From NCBI GenBank assembly GCA_003568415.1, contig PWXV01000155.1:17114-81113 (forward strand): a stretch of DNA of 64,000 nucleotides, written 5' to 3'. Origin of the DNA: Ignavibacteriales bacterium (GTDB taxonomy: Bacteria; Bacteroidota; Ignavibacteria; T3Sed10-11). This document shows, piece by piece, positions 21,396 through 30,514 of the stretch. Numbering within the stretch: the first letter of the stretch is position 1; every line of letters starts with the position of its first letter. Under the pieces are notes generated by a model. It did no database searches. It saw only the letters and a program-made list of their open reading frames with translations, and was not told the origin of the DNA. Both the position numbers and the translations under genes were made by a program.

Positions 21396-21709
21396 CACTC
21401 CGGATCATTCAAACTACGCAGCCGTTCGAATGTATAAATTCCCATATCGTGACCGTCGCCCCATGTTATCGAGATTGCATAGGTGCCGACCTGATTTATT
21501 TCCTTCAAATCATATTTACCCGGTGTATCATCCGGTGCGGGGTTGGGTTTTGTCGACTGGAAAAGTACCGTTTCACCTTTACATCCTGCGCAAGGGCAGG
21601 CATCCCTGAGTTCTTTGAATGTATAGGTGGTTACTTTCCCGTCGTTCCAGGTGATGGTTATTTCATTACCCGATGTTTTTTTTTATCGATGCCGGTTTAG
21701 GTGGTGTCA
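21395..21709 (-). pseudogene. DUF971-family small protein interrupted by frameshift in A9 homopolymer (21675..21683)
   Basis: The ATG at 21709 gives MTPPKPASIKKN then a stop. Removing one A from the A9 run restores a 104-aa ORF, ...ITITWNDGKVTTYTFKELRDACPCAGC...ISITWGDGHDMGIYTFERLRS, matching the duplicated W-DG / CPCAxC pattern of DUF971. Confidence 0.6.
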
Positions 21710-21714
21710 TTGCC

Positions 21715-22641
21715 TTACTGTGATAATTTTTGGCCGACGGATAATTTCATACCTCTGAGAAAATCAGAGGCGTTCATTCGTTTCTTACCTTCGATTTGCA
21801 GTTCGGTGATCCGTATAATTCCTTGTCCCGTTGCAACGTGGAATTCTTCATCGCCTCGTATAATACGACCCGGTTCTTTTTGTTCATGTTCGTCAACAAT
21901 TTCAGTGCGATAGAGTTTTAATTTTTTACCATCGAGATAGCTGTATGCAGCCGGCACAGGCGATAATCCCCGTACAAGATTATGCACATCACATGCAGAC
22001 CGTGACCAATCGATGCGTCCGGTCTCTTTGGTGAGTTTGGGTGCACGCGAAGCAAGCCGTTCATCCTGTTTGCTGGTTTGTGCTTTGCCCTGCTCTATCA
22101 GCAGGGCGGTATGCAAAACCACATCCGCCCCCATCTCCGCAAGTTTATCGTGCAGTTCACCGGCAGTTTCATTTTCACCTATGGGACAACGTGCCTGCAA
22201 AATAATATTGCCGGTATCGACTTTTTCTTCGAGGAAAAACGTTGTCACACCGGTTTCTGTTTCTCCGTTAATTATTGCCCAGTTAATCGGTGCAGCGCCG
22301 CGATACTTCGGTAACAGCGATGCGTGGAGGTTAAAAGCTCCTTTTCCGGGTATCGTAAAAACTTCAGGCGGCAATATGCGGTAAGCAACAACAACCATGA
22401 GATCGGGTTCAACCCTTTTCAGCTCGGCAATGAACGATTCATCTCTCAGATCGTCAGGTTGAAGAACAGGGAGATTATTTTTTTGGGCAAACCGTTTAAC
22501 CGGTACGGGTACCACCTGCCGTCCGCGTCCCCGTGGTTTATCGGGTGCTGTCACTACGGCCGAAATAGTATAATTTTCTTTATGTAATGTTTCGAGACTC
22601 GGAATGGAAAAGTCGGGTGTGCCGAAAAAAACTATTTTCAT
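21715..22641 (-). CDS. fmt: Methionyl-tRNA formyltransferase
   Basis: MKIVFFGTPDFS N-terminus, formyltransferase core, C-terminal domain. 4-nt overlap with def. Confidence 0.9.
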   Translation of the reverse strand: MKIVFFGTPDFSIPSLETLHKENYTISAVVTAPDKPRGRGRQVVPVPVKRFAQKNNLPVLQPDDLRDESFIAELKRVEPDLMVVVAYRILPPEVFTIPGKGAFNLHASLLPKYRGAAPINWAIINGETETGVTTFFLEEKVDTGNIILQARCPIGENETAGELHDKLAEMGADVVLHTALLIEQGKAQTSKQDERLASRAPKLTKETGRIDWSRSACDVHNLVRGLSPVPAAYSYLDGKKLKLYRTEIVDEHEQKEPGRIIRGDEEFHVATGQGIIRITELQIEGKKRMNASDFLRGMKLSVGQKLSQ

Positions 22642-23201
22642 GAATTTCGAACTTCCTCTTCCTGGCTTCCGATAACGGGATACGGAATGTCAAGATCTCC
22701 CCGTTTGATATCGAGTAATATGCCCTTATGAAACTTACGCCTGCCGGGACTGAGGTGATCAATGAACAAGATACCATTCAGATGATCGATCTCATGGAGA
22801 ATAACTCTGCCGGGCACACCCTCGGCTTCTAATTCTTGTTCGTCAAAATCAAGATCAAGATATTTAATATGAACGTTTTCCGATCTTGTAACAACATCCC
22901 GCACAGCCGGAATACTCAAACACCCTTCTTCCAACTCCCATTCTCCAGTATGCGAGATGATTTCCGGGTTTATAAGTACACGGGGTTTTTCGTCCTTGTA
23001 TTCTTCCATTGGTGATACATCCATAACGATCACACGCTTTAAAACGCCGACCTGATTAGCAGCGAGTCCGATGCCCTGTGCATTGCGCATAGTTTCAAAC
23101 ATATCTTCGACTAAATCCCGGACATTTTCACCGGGAGAAACCCGTTCTGCTTTTTTACGCAGAGCGGGGTGTCCGTATGTGACGATTGGGAGAATTGCCA
23201 T
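22638..23201 (-). CDS. def: Peptide deformylase
   Basis: GLAANQVG, EGCLS and HEIDHLNG motifs. Confidence 0.9.
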   Translation of the reverse strand: MAILPIVTYGHPALRKKAERVSPGENVRDLVEDMFETMRNAQGIGLAANQVGVLKRVIVMDVSPMEEYKDEKPRVLINPEIISHTGEWELEEGCLSIPAVRDVVTRSENVHIKYLDLDFDEQELEAEGVPGRVILHEIDHLNGILFIDHLSPGRRKFHKGILLDIKRGDLDIPYPVIGSQEEEVRNS

Positions 23202-23258
23202 GGATGTTTTGTGGTTCGTGTATAGTGAATAATTACCGTTTCATTATCAACTTATATA

Positions 23259-23918
23259 TTAATCCATAACTCTGCGGACTGCAGTGACCCGCCTTTGAAA
23301 ATAGGTGCTTTCGAGTGATGATATAGTCACTCCGTTTGAAACCGATGCATGGGCGAATAAATTATCGCCGATATATATACCAACGTGTGAAGGATTCTGG
23401 CCGGTTGTATTAAAAAATATCAGATCGCCAAACTTCCTCTCAGACATTTGCACCCGGCGTCCCATCCGGTATTGTTCAATAGTAGACCGGGGTAATTCAA
23501 TATTCATCGAGTTACGGAATACCGTTGAAATGTACGCAGAGCAATCTATTCCGTCAGATCCTGTGCCGCCGAGCCGGTATGGTGTTCCGATATGCCGGAG
23601 GATTTCCTGCAATAATCTCGTCTCCTGTCGTGTCGGGTGAACGATACGGCTCTCCACACTTGCTACCTCAACTTTTACATCATCTTCACGACGCTCTTCA
23701 CGTGCTGCCTGCTGAAGTTCTCGTGAAAACCGGACTGATGTATCACGAGATGTTGATTCCTTTCGGGTTTCTTCCGACTGAGCAAAGCGGGGAGAACCGC
23801 TGCCACATCCTGCAGCGATTATGAGGAGGCTAAACACAAGTACTATGGAAACAACCGGTTTCATATCTTTAAAATAAACATCCCGACAGTTTGTTGCAAC
23901 TGCCGGGATGTCTTCCAA
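23259..23918 (-). CDS. NlpC/P60 (C40) family peptidoglycan endopeptidase, lipoprotein
   Basis: Signal peptide with Cys. C-terminal GIDCSAYISTVF (catalytic Cys) ... HVGIYIGDNLFAHAS (His). Confidence 0.8.
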   Translation of the reverse strand: MEDIPAVATNCRDVYFKDMKPVVSIVLVFSLLIIAAGCGSGSPRFAQSEETRKESTSRDTSVRFSRELQQAAREERREDDVKVEVASVESRIVHPTRQETRLLQEILRHIGTPYRLGGTGSDGIDCSAYISTVFRNSMNIELPRSTIEQYRMGRRVQMSERKFGDLIFFNTTGQNPSHVGIYIGDNLFAHASVSNGVTISSLESTYFQRRVTAVRRVMD

Positions 23919-23936
23919 AAAACGCTTTTTTGTAAA

Positions 23937-24794
23937 TTACCCTAAATAGGATTTCAGGGTTTTGCTTCGTGTTTTATCACGCAGTCGACGCAATGCTTTT
24001 TCTTTAATCTGCCGGACACGTTCGCGTGTGAGACTGAACCGCTCTCCGATTTCTTCAAGCGTGAGTGAATGTTCCAGATCCAATCCAAAATACAATCGTA
24101 TGATCTCCGCTTCACGATCGGAGAGAGTTGAAAGTGCGCGGCGCACTTCCTGCTTCAACGATTCTTTCATCAGCGTGTTATCCGGCGAAGGTTGCCGGTC
24201 ATCGTGAATTACATCGAGCAATCTGTTATCTTCCCCCTGTGCAAAGGGAGCATCCATCGAAAGATGGCGTCCTGAAATCTTCAGCGTATCGGCAACCTCG
24301 AATGCTGACATATCAAGTTCTTCCGCAAGCTCACTGGCGCTCGGTTCACGCTCAAATTCCTGCTCGAGAGCGGAGAATGCTTTCCCGATTTTGTTCAATG
24401 CTCCCACACGGTTCAGCGGGAGACGTACAATTCGGGACTGCTCCGCGAGCGCCTGGAGTATCGACTGCCGGATCCACCAGACCGCATATGAAATAAACTT
24501 AAAACCGCGGGTTTCGTCGAAACGTTTCGCTGCCTTAATCAAGCCCAAATTCCCTTCATTGATAAGGTCGCCAAGCGACAAACCCTGATTTTGATATTGT
24601 TTTGCTACACTAACCACGAAACGCAGATTCGCCTTGGTTAACTTCTCCAGTGCAATCTGGTCTCCTTTTTTGATTCGCCGGGCCAGCTCAATCTCCTCAT
24701 CGGGTTTAAGGAGATCTACCTTTCCGATTTCCTGGAGATATTTCTCAAGGGACTGGCTTTCGCGATTAGTGTACTGCTTCGTTATTTTCACCAT
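23937..24794 (-). CDS. rpoD: Primary RNA polymerase sigma factor (sigma-70 family, short Bacteroidota/Chlorobiota-type SigA lacking region 1.1)
   Basis: 285 aa. Regions 1.2 through 4.2 are recognisable ([70 protein letters not shown]). Confidence 0.85.
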   Translation of the reverse strand: MVKITKQYTNRESQSLEKYLQEIGKVDLLKPDEEIELARRIKKGDQIALEKLTKANLRFVVSVAKQYQNQGLSLGDLINEGNLGLIKAAKRFDETRGFKFISYAVWWIRQSILQALAEQSRIVRLPLNRVGALNKIGKAFSALEQEFEREPSASELAEELDMSAFEVADTLKISGRHLSMDAPFAQGEDNRLLDVIHDDRQPSPDNTLMKESLKQEVRRALSTLSDREAEIIRLYFGLDLEHSLTLEEIGERFSLTRERVRQIKEKALRRLRDKTRSKTLKSYLG

Positions 24795-24856
24795 CCATCA
24801 CCTCGTTTACTTAAACAATTTCGGGCTATCTAAAGTATTATTAACAATGTTCTATC

Positions 24857-25138
24857 TTACTTAGTTTCAATGACTTCGGGATCGATACGGTCGACTATTG
24901 CAACAATTGCTGCATCGACGGGTGCAAACCTATCTGGAAGCGGTATCGTCGCCTCACGGGCCGTAATATAGCAGATTGTCTCACCACTGCCGGCTCCGAT
25001 CGTGTCAACGGCAATAATCGGTGCTCCCGCAGGAGAACGGCCTGAATCAATAGGCTGCACAATTTGCAATTTCAGATTTTCAAGCGCCGGATTTTTCCGG
25101 GTCGCCCATATCGTTCCGATAACTCTGCCGAAGAACAT
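24857..25138 (-). CDS. Bacterial microcompartment vertex protein (BMC-P; EutN/CcmL/PduN family)
   Basis: 93 aa. MFFGRVIGTIWATRKNPALENLKLQIVQPID ... IIAVDTIGAGSGE ... PVDAAIVAIVD matches the PF03319 signature. Confidence 0.8.
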   Translation of the reverse strand: MFFGRVIGTIWATRKNPALENLKLQIVQPIDSGRSPAGAPIIAVDTIGAGSGETICYITAREATIPLPDRFAPVDAAIVAIVDRIDPEVIETK

Positions 25139-25176
25139 ATGTAGTATACGTTTATGTTAATGTATTGTTTCTTCAA

Positions 25177-25446
25177 TTAATCGGACAAATCAAGCTTGTC
25201 AACAATTGCCATAATGACAGCATCGACCGGCTTATTTTTGGTTACGTCAGTCTGACGTGCTGAGCTACCGCTTGCAACCAACACTACCTCACCAACACCG
25301 GCCCCGACACTATCAACCGCTACGACATACTGATCCTTCAGACGATAATCAAGATCAACATGACGTACAATAAGGAATTTCATGCCGGTGAGATTTTCAT
25401 CTTTTCGCGTTGCCCAGACCGTGCCGATAACTTTTCCGAGAATCAA
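25177..25446 (-). CDS. Bacterial microcompartment vertex protein (BMC-P; EutN/CcmL/PduN family), second copy
   Basis: 89 aa. MILGKVIGTVWATRKDENLTGMKFLIVRHVD ... VVAVDSVGAGVGEVVLVASGSSAR ... PVDAVIMAIVD. Confidence 0.8.
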   Translation of the reverse strand: MILGKVIGTVWATRKDENLTGMKFLIVRHVDLDYRLKDQYVVAVDSVGAGVGEVVLVASGSSARQTDVTKNKPVDAVIMAIVDKLDLSD

Positions 25447-25461
25447 TGTAATTTTCCTGTT

Positions 25462-26655
25462 TTAAACCACTTTTTGAAATACGTTATAAAAACTCGTTCC
25501 ATCCATCTGACTTCTTACTTCGGATGAAATCGAAAAATGTTCCGCACATGTTTGTGCTATATCCGCAAATGTAGATCGAACTCCTACATCCCTACCTTCT
25601 GCCATCCCTTTTAAACTTGCGAGTAAAAAAGCATACTCGCGGGAATGATCTGTGCTTGGTGTTGTCGGGTCATTGCCGTGATCACTGGTTAATATGAGCA
25701 GGTCATCGTCACGCATTGTCCCGGTAATTTCGGGTACCGCCTTATCAAATTCTTCCAGCGCACGGGCAAATCCCTTGGAATCGTTCCGGTGTCCGTATTC
25801 CTGATCAAAATCAACAAGATTTGTAAACACAAACCCTTTATCAAGGTTTTTCACGGTATCGATTAATTTTTTAATTCCGATTGTGTTGCTTTTTGTGTGA
25901 ATATATTCCTGAATCCCACGACCGGCAAACAGATTGTCGACCTTACCGATTGTCATCGTGAAAATATTATGGTCGATTAGATGATCGAGCAATGTTTTCC
26001 TCGGTGGTTCAAATGAGAAATCTTTTCTGTTGGCAGTTCTTTCAAACGCACCGGGTTCACCGACAAACGGACGGGCAATGACCCTGCTTACAGTGTGCTC
26101 ATCGATCATTATTTTATTACGCGCGATCTCGCACCACTCATATAGACGTTCGAGCGGTACAACTTGTTCGTGTGCTGCTACCTGAAATACCGGATCTGCC
26201 GATGTATATACGATCGGATAACGGGTTTCCATATGTTTTTTCCCCAGCCGGGAAATTATTTCAGTACCCGATGCCGGCACATTACCGAGAATACCGCCGC
26301 AACCGGTCCGATTAATAAATTCTTCTACAATAGTATCGGGAAATCCTTCAGGGTATAATGCAAAAGGTTTTTTTGTTATGAGTCCCGCTATCTCCCAGTG
26401 TCCCGTAGTGCTATCCTTGCCCGCAGATTGTTCCGTTAACTTACCGAAAAAAGCGTCTGGATTATCAACCGGAGGAACACCACGCACCGGGGCAATATTT
26501 CCTAATCCAAGCTTCTGTAGATTCGGTAGAGAGAGTCCGCCAACCGCTTCTGCGACATTTGGCAATGTTGCACTGCCGCTATCACCATACGCATCTGCAT
26601 CCGGGAGTTCACCCACTCCCACACCATCGAGGACGACGAGGAAGCAGCGTTTCAT
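25462..26655 (-). CDS. deoB: Phosphopentomutase
   Basis: 397 aa. MKRCFLVVLDGVGVGELPDA N-terminus and the metal-binding core typical of DeoB (alkaline-phosphatase superfamily). Confidence 0.85.
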   Translation of the reverse strand: MKRCFLVVLDGVGVGELPDADAYGDSGSATLPNVAEAVGGLSLPNLQKLGLGNIAPVRGVPPVDNPDAFFGKLTEQSAGKDSTTGHWEIAGLITKKPFALYPEGFPDTIVEEFINRTGCGGILGNVPASGTEIISRLGKKHMETRYPIVYTSADPVFQVAAHEQVVPLERLYEWCEIARNKIMIDEHTVSRVIARPFVGEPGAFERTANRKDFSFEPPRKTLLDHLIDHNIFTMTIGKVDNLFAGRGIQEYIHTKSNTIGIKKLIDTVKNLDKGFVFTNLVDFDQEYGHRNDSKGFARALEEFDKAVPEITGTMRDDDLLILTSDHGNDPTTPSTDHSREYAFLLASLKGMAEGRDVGVRSTFADIAQTCAEHFSISSEVRSQMDGTSFYNVFQKVV

Positions 26656-26657
26656 TA

Positions 26658-26855
26658 TTAATTATAAATTTGCTTTTCGTTACACTTACAAACGCGTATA
26701 TGGCGTTCACCAAATTTATACGCACCTGTTTTCTCAGATTTTTCTGCCGATACATGGAGAAAAAAAGAGAATTCCGTTTCACATTTCGGACAGATTGATT
26801 TCGATCTTCTCTGTCCTTTGGTTGCTTTATCAGCAAATGTTTGACTTTTTGCCAT
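26658..26855 (-). CDS. Small basic Cys4 zinc-ribbon protein (hypothetical)
   Basis: 65 aa with CPKC ... CKCNE and a basic N-terminus. Tightly packed 2 nt upstream of deoB on the same strand. Confidence 0.4.
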   Translation of the reverse strand: MAKSQTFADKATKGQRRSKSICPKCETEFSFFLHVSAEKSEKTGAYKFGERHIRVCKCNEKQIYN

Positions 26856-26891
26856 ACTATCTCCGCTTTATGTATATTAATCTAAAATTGT

Positions 26892-28838
26892 TTAATAAAC
26901 TCGCACAATATTGCCGCCATTTTCAATAGCTTTTTGTAATGCAGCAACTGCGTGCTGTGAAAGTTCGACAAACTGCATATCTTCCGTTATTCCGCATACT
27001 CCAGAACTAACGGTTATCGAGGTAGTTTTGTCATTTACTGTTATTACCTGGCTTGCAAAATTCTTACGAACTTTTTCAGCCCATAAATATCCCTCATTTG
27101 CAGTGGTATTTAATAACACAACTCCAAATTTGTTATAATCAAGCCGACCGAGCAGATCATATTGCCGTACAGAATTCTTAAGAAATTGACCGAAAGAATA
27201 TATAGCATTATCCAACCCCTCTTTGCCATGCCGATCAATCAATTGCTGCATGTTATCGATGGAAAATACAGAGTATGTCAAATCATGGCCAAAATCATCG
27301 GCCCGCCTTATTTCCTCCTTAAGCCGCTGTTCGAAATAACTTTTTTTCAGCAATCCGGTGGTATCGTCGATTATCACATACTTATCAACCAATTCAGACA
27401 TATAGAGTATTTCCAATGCTGATGCTATGTTTTCTACCAACCGGTAGAGCACTTCGATATCGCGTGCTGAATATCCGGAACGATCGCGTCGTTCAAGGCT
27501 CACCGTACCATAACATTTTTTAAACGAACTTACCGGTGCTATTAAAATCGAGCCGTCACTATCGATTTTTTCTTCTCCATTAAAACGCGGTATCGTAACC
27601 GTCGATAAATCATCGACAAGGAGATGTTTGTTTGAATCGAGCACCGCGCCGACCAGACTATTCTCTAGATCAACTATTTGGTGCGGTGCAATATATGTAC
27701 CGTCCTTTGCTATATCAACATGATAAATTACCCATGCCCGTTTGTCATCATTAAACATGGTAACGGCTAAGTAATCATAGCCGATCAATCGTTTTGTTTG
27801 TTCAATCAATGCCCGTACAATAGTCCGAAGTTCTAATTGCTCACGAATGGTCTCGTGCATCTTCCGAATTGAGAGTACAAGTTCTGAATCAACCAAAAGG
27901 TCGTATTTCTCAGTATGACTTTTGATCAGCGCTGCAAGTAACTTTGTAAACTGACTCAACAATGCCAGTGTTTCAGACCCAAAAGCATCTTCGGCTTTAC
28001 TATCAATTGCAAGGACTCCGACAACAACTTTCTCCCCATCGCGTCCCTGATAATGTACCGGCACGCCGATAAAGGATTTTACAAAATCAATATCTTTATA
28101 GTACCGGAGTACATCCCGCTCCGAACTCGGACTAATGTGAGAAATAAATTCCGGTTTGCCATTGCGTGCAATTTGACTGACCACATCATTCTCGAGTGGT
28201 AATTTCCGATCAGGGACAAGATTGTGACTATCGCTTGCCCTTCCCTGGAATACCAGTTCTTGTTTTTCAAAGTTCGTCCAGAAAAACGCTACCGTGTGTG
28301 CTATCAGCGATTCCTTTATGGCAGTAAGGACTTTGCCGAGTAAAAACTCAAATTCACTTCGCGGTTCACTGCTGCTCGGAAAGTTCTCAGATTCAAGATC
28401 AAAAAACTGCGTCAAATGCGCCTCAGTAAGTCGTGTTTTTTCTCCCGCCGATTTCGATTTTTTAATGTCGTTCATTCCACCAACTTCCGGTGATCGATCT
28501 TTATCATCTTCAGTATGAAAGGCGGTTGTATCATCAAACTCATTTTCTGCTGAATTCGCCTGCAAGGCAGACTCTTCATCCTCAAGACTCTGATCAGTTC
28601 GTTCAATTGTTTTGTGATGTAAACTATCAGGGGTTAATCTTGCAGCAAGCGAAAAATAAACATACCCCCATAAACCGACAGAAATGAGAATGACGGCGGT
28701 AATAATTATTGCAGAACCGCTATATATACCAAATATTAATAAAATAGCACCAATTGCAACAAGAATACCTTCTTTTGCGGTAAGGGCGCTCAATACATCT
28801 TTAATGGTGGTGTTTCCGGATGATACCGCCATGCGCAA
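26892..28838 (-). CDS. Membrane-anchored GAF-GAF-GGDEF-like protein with degenerate A-site (DYNKF instead of GGDEF) and retained I-site RxxD
   Basis: Two N-terminal TM helices, an acidic linker, then GAF-like regions. C-terminal GGDEF fold (SVFSIDNMQQLIDRHGKEG ... RQYDLLGRLDYNKFGVVLL). Confidence 0.7.
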   Translation of the reverse strand: MRMAVSSGNTTIKDVLSALTAKEGILVAIGAILLIFGIYSGSAIIITAVILISVGLWGYVYFSLAARLTPDSLHHKTIERTDQSLEDEESALQANSAENEFDDTTAFHTEDDKDRSPEVGGMNDIKKSKSAGEKTRLTEAHLTQFFDLESENFPSSSEPRSEFEFLLGKVLTAIKESLIAHTVAFFWTNFEKQELVFQGRASDSHNLVPDRKLPLENDVVSQIARNGKPEFISHISPSSERDVLRYYKDIDFVKSFIGVPVHYQGRDGEKVVVGVLAIDSKAEDAFGSETLALLSQFTKLLAALIKSHTEKYDLLVDSELVLSIRKMHETIREQLELRTIVRALIEQTKRLIGYDYLAVTMFNDDKRAWVIYHVDIAKDGTYIAPHQIVDLENSLVGAVLDSNKHLLVDDLSTVTIPRFNGEEKIDSDGSILIAPVSSFKKCYGTVSLERRDRSGYSARDIEVLYRLVENIASALEILYMSELVDKYVIIDDTTGLLKKSYFEQRLKEEIRRADDFGHDLTYSVFSIDNMQQLIDRHGKEGLDNAIYSFGQFLKNSVRQYDLLGRLDYNKFGVVLLNTTANEGYLWAEKVRKNFASQVITVNDKTTSITVSSGVCGITEDMQFVELSQHAVAALQKAIENGGNIVRVY

Positions 28839-29030
28839 GGGCTTTCAAAGTGTCGTATTATGCTAAAATATTGAAATGTAATAAAATAAATCTAATTAAT
28901 CAAGTAATTTTTTAATATGACGGAGACGCCGATCGATGCGGAGAATCAATAATTTTCTCCTTAATGTATGGCGTGGGTAGCGATATTTTTATGGGATAAG
29001 TTTATAATAATTAATAATTTACTAACTATA

Positions 29031-29060
29031 GACCTGACAGGTTCCGGAACCTGTCAGGTC
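29031..29060 (-). terminator. Perfect 30-nt palindrome (GACCTGACAGGTTCC/GGAACCTGTCAGGTC) just downstream of ndk
   Basis: 13-15 bp perfect stem, 15 nt past the ndk stop codon. AT-rich flanks. Likely intrinsic terminator or protein-binding site. Confidence 0.45.
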
Positions 29061-29074
29061 AGTCTAATTGCAGT

Positions 29075-29506
29075 TTAAGTATGCATCTGTACCAATTCAT
29101 TCTCCGGGAAGAAATATGAAATTTCAATTTTACCGTTTTCAACAGAATCGGAGCCATGCACTATGTTTTCGCCCTTATTATCGGCATACAGCTTCCGAAC
29201 AGTTCCTTCATCCGCTTCGGCCGGGTCGGTGGCACCGATAAGGTTTCGAAAATCTTCAATGGCATTTTCCTTTTCAAGCACAATCGGTACACAAGGCCCT
29301 GAGCTCATAAATTTAGTTAAATCCTCAAAAAATGGGCGTCCGCGATGAACTTCATAAAAGCCCTCTGCTCCCTCTTTTGACAACCGAACCATTTTCAGTG
29401 ATACGACTCTGAATCCGTCTTCCTGAATATGTTTAATAACTGTACCAATGAGTTCTTTACGGACACAATCCGGTTTTAATATTGCAAGTGTTCTCTCTAT
29501 AGCCAT
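29075..29506 (-). CDS. ndk: Nucleoside diphosphate kinase
   Basis: [10 protein letters not shown] ... NIVHGSDS ... active-site His context. 143 aa. Confidence 0.9.
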   Translation of the reverse strand: MAIERTLAILKPDCVRKELIGTVIKHIQEDGFRVVSLKMVRLSKEGAEGFYEVHRGRPFFEDLTKFMSSGPCVPIVLEKENAIEDFRNLIGATDPAEADEGTVRKLYADNKGENIVHGSDSVENGKIEISYFFPENELVQMHT

Positions 29507-29523
29507 AGTTACCTTTCTGCTTT

Positions 29524-30474
29524 CTATTTACCTGTACGTCTGGTTGTTGCAGCGGACTTTGCAGCGGCTTTTTTCTTCGGTGCGGCTTTCTTCAACAAAC
29601 CACGGCGCTGCATCACCTTCTTCACAGTTTCACCGATAAGAGCAGGATTCTCCACTACCGTAATCCGGGCTTTTTTCATCACTTCCATTTTTTCAGTAGC
29701 GGTACCCTTTCCGCCTGCAATGATTGCTCCCGCGTGTCCCATTCTACGCCCGGGAGGAGCGGTACGACCTGCAATAAAACCGATCACAGGTTTTTTAACA
29801 TTTTTTTTCACATATTCCGCCGCTTCTTCCTCCGCAGTACCACCAATCTCACCGATCATTACCATCGCATCGGTGTCTTTATCCTCATTGAATAATTGCA
29901 TCGCATCGATGAATTGTGTCCCGACAATCGGATCACCGCCGATACCGATACACGTTGATTGACCGATACCGAGTTGGGTTAGCTGGTAAACTGCTTCATA
30001 GGTGAGAGTACCGCTTCGTGATATAACACCAACGTTACCCTTTTTATGGATGAAGCCGGGCATAATACCAATCTTGGCTTTACCCGGAGATATAACGCCC
30101 GGACAGTTCGGTCCAATGAGTCGTGAATTACTTGCATCGAGTGCGGTCTTTACCCGCATCATATCACGGGTCGGGATTCCTTCTGTGATACAAACAATGA
30201 GCGGTAAACCGGCATCGATTGATTCAAGAATTGCATCGGCAGCAAAGCCGGCAGGCACAAAAATTACCGATGCATTGGCACCGGTTTCTTTCACTGCATC
30301 TGCAACTGTGTTAAATACCGGAATATCCTGATGCATCATTCCGCCTTTTCCGGGAGTAACACCTGCTACTACATTCGTTCCGTACTCAACCATTTGTTGT
30401 GTATGAAAACTTCCTTCACTACCTGTTATTCCCTGAACTACGAGTTTCGTCTTTTTATCAACAAGTACACTCAT
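29524..30474 (-). CDS. sucD: Succinyl-CoA synthetase alpha subunit with Lys/Ala-rich C-terminal tail
   Basis: [21 protein letters not shown] ... CoA-binding and His-phosphorylation regions. A ~25-aa [17 protein letters not shown] tail extends past the normal C-terminus. Confidence 0.85.
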   Translation of the reverse strand: MSVLVDKKTKLVVQGITGSEGSFHTQQMVEYGTNVVAGVTPGKGGMMHQDIPVFNTVADAVKETGANASVIFVPAGFAADAILESIDAGLPLIVCITEGIPTRDMMRVKTALDASNSRLIGPNCPGVISPGKAKIGIMPGFIHKKGNVGVISRSGTLTYEAVYQLTQLGIGQSTCIGIGGDPIVGTQFIDAMQLFNEDKDTDAMVMIGEIGGTAEEEAAEYVKKNVKKPVIGFIAGRTAPPGRRMGHAGAIIAGGKGTATEKMEVMKKARITVVENPALIGETVKKVMQRRGLLKKAAPKKKAAAKSAATTRRTGK

Positions 30475-30514
30475 AACATTACTCGTTATTAGTTTCGGGT
30501 TAATGGATTAATTA

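Noticed and set aside
24857-25446. Possibility that the two 90-aa ORFs are generic small hypothetical proteins rather than BMC-P
   Set aside because: Both carry the complete EutN/CcmL motif set in the right order and spacing, so a coincidental match is unlikely. Kept as BMC-P.
26378-26929. 183-aa + strand ORF overlapping deoB and the zinc-ribbon gene
   Set aside because: Antisense to two co-directional supported genes. Pro/Ser-rich low-complexity product.
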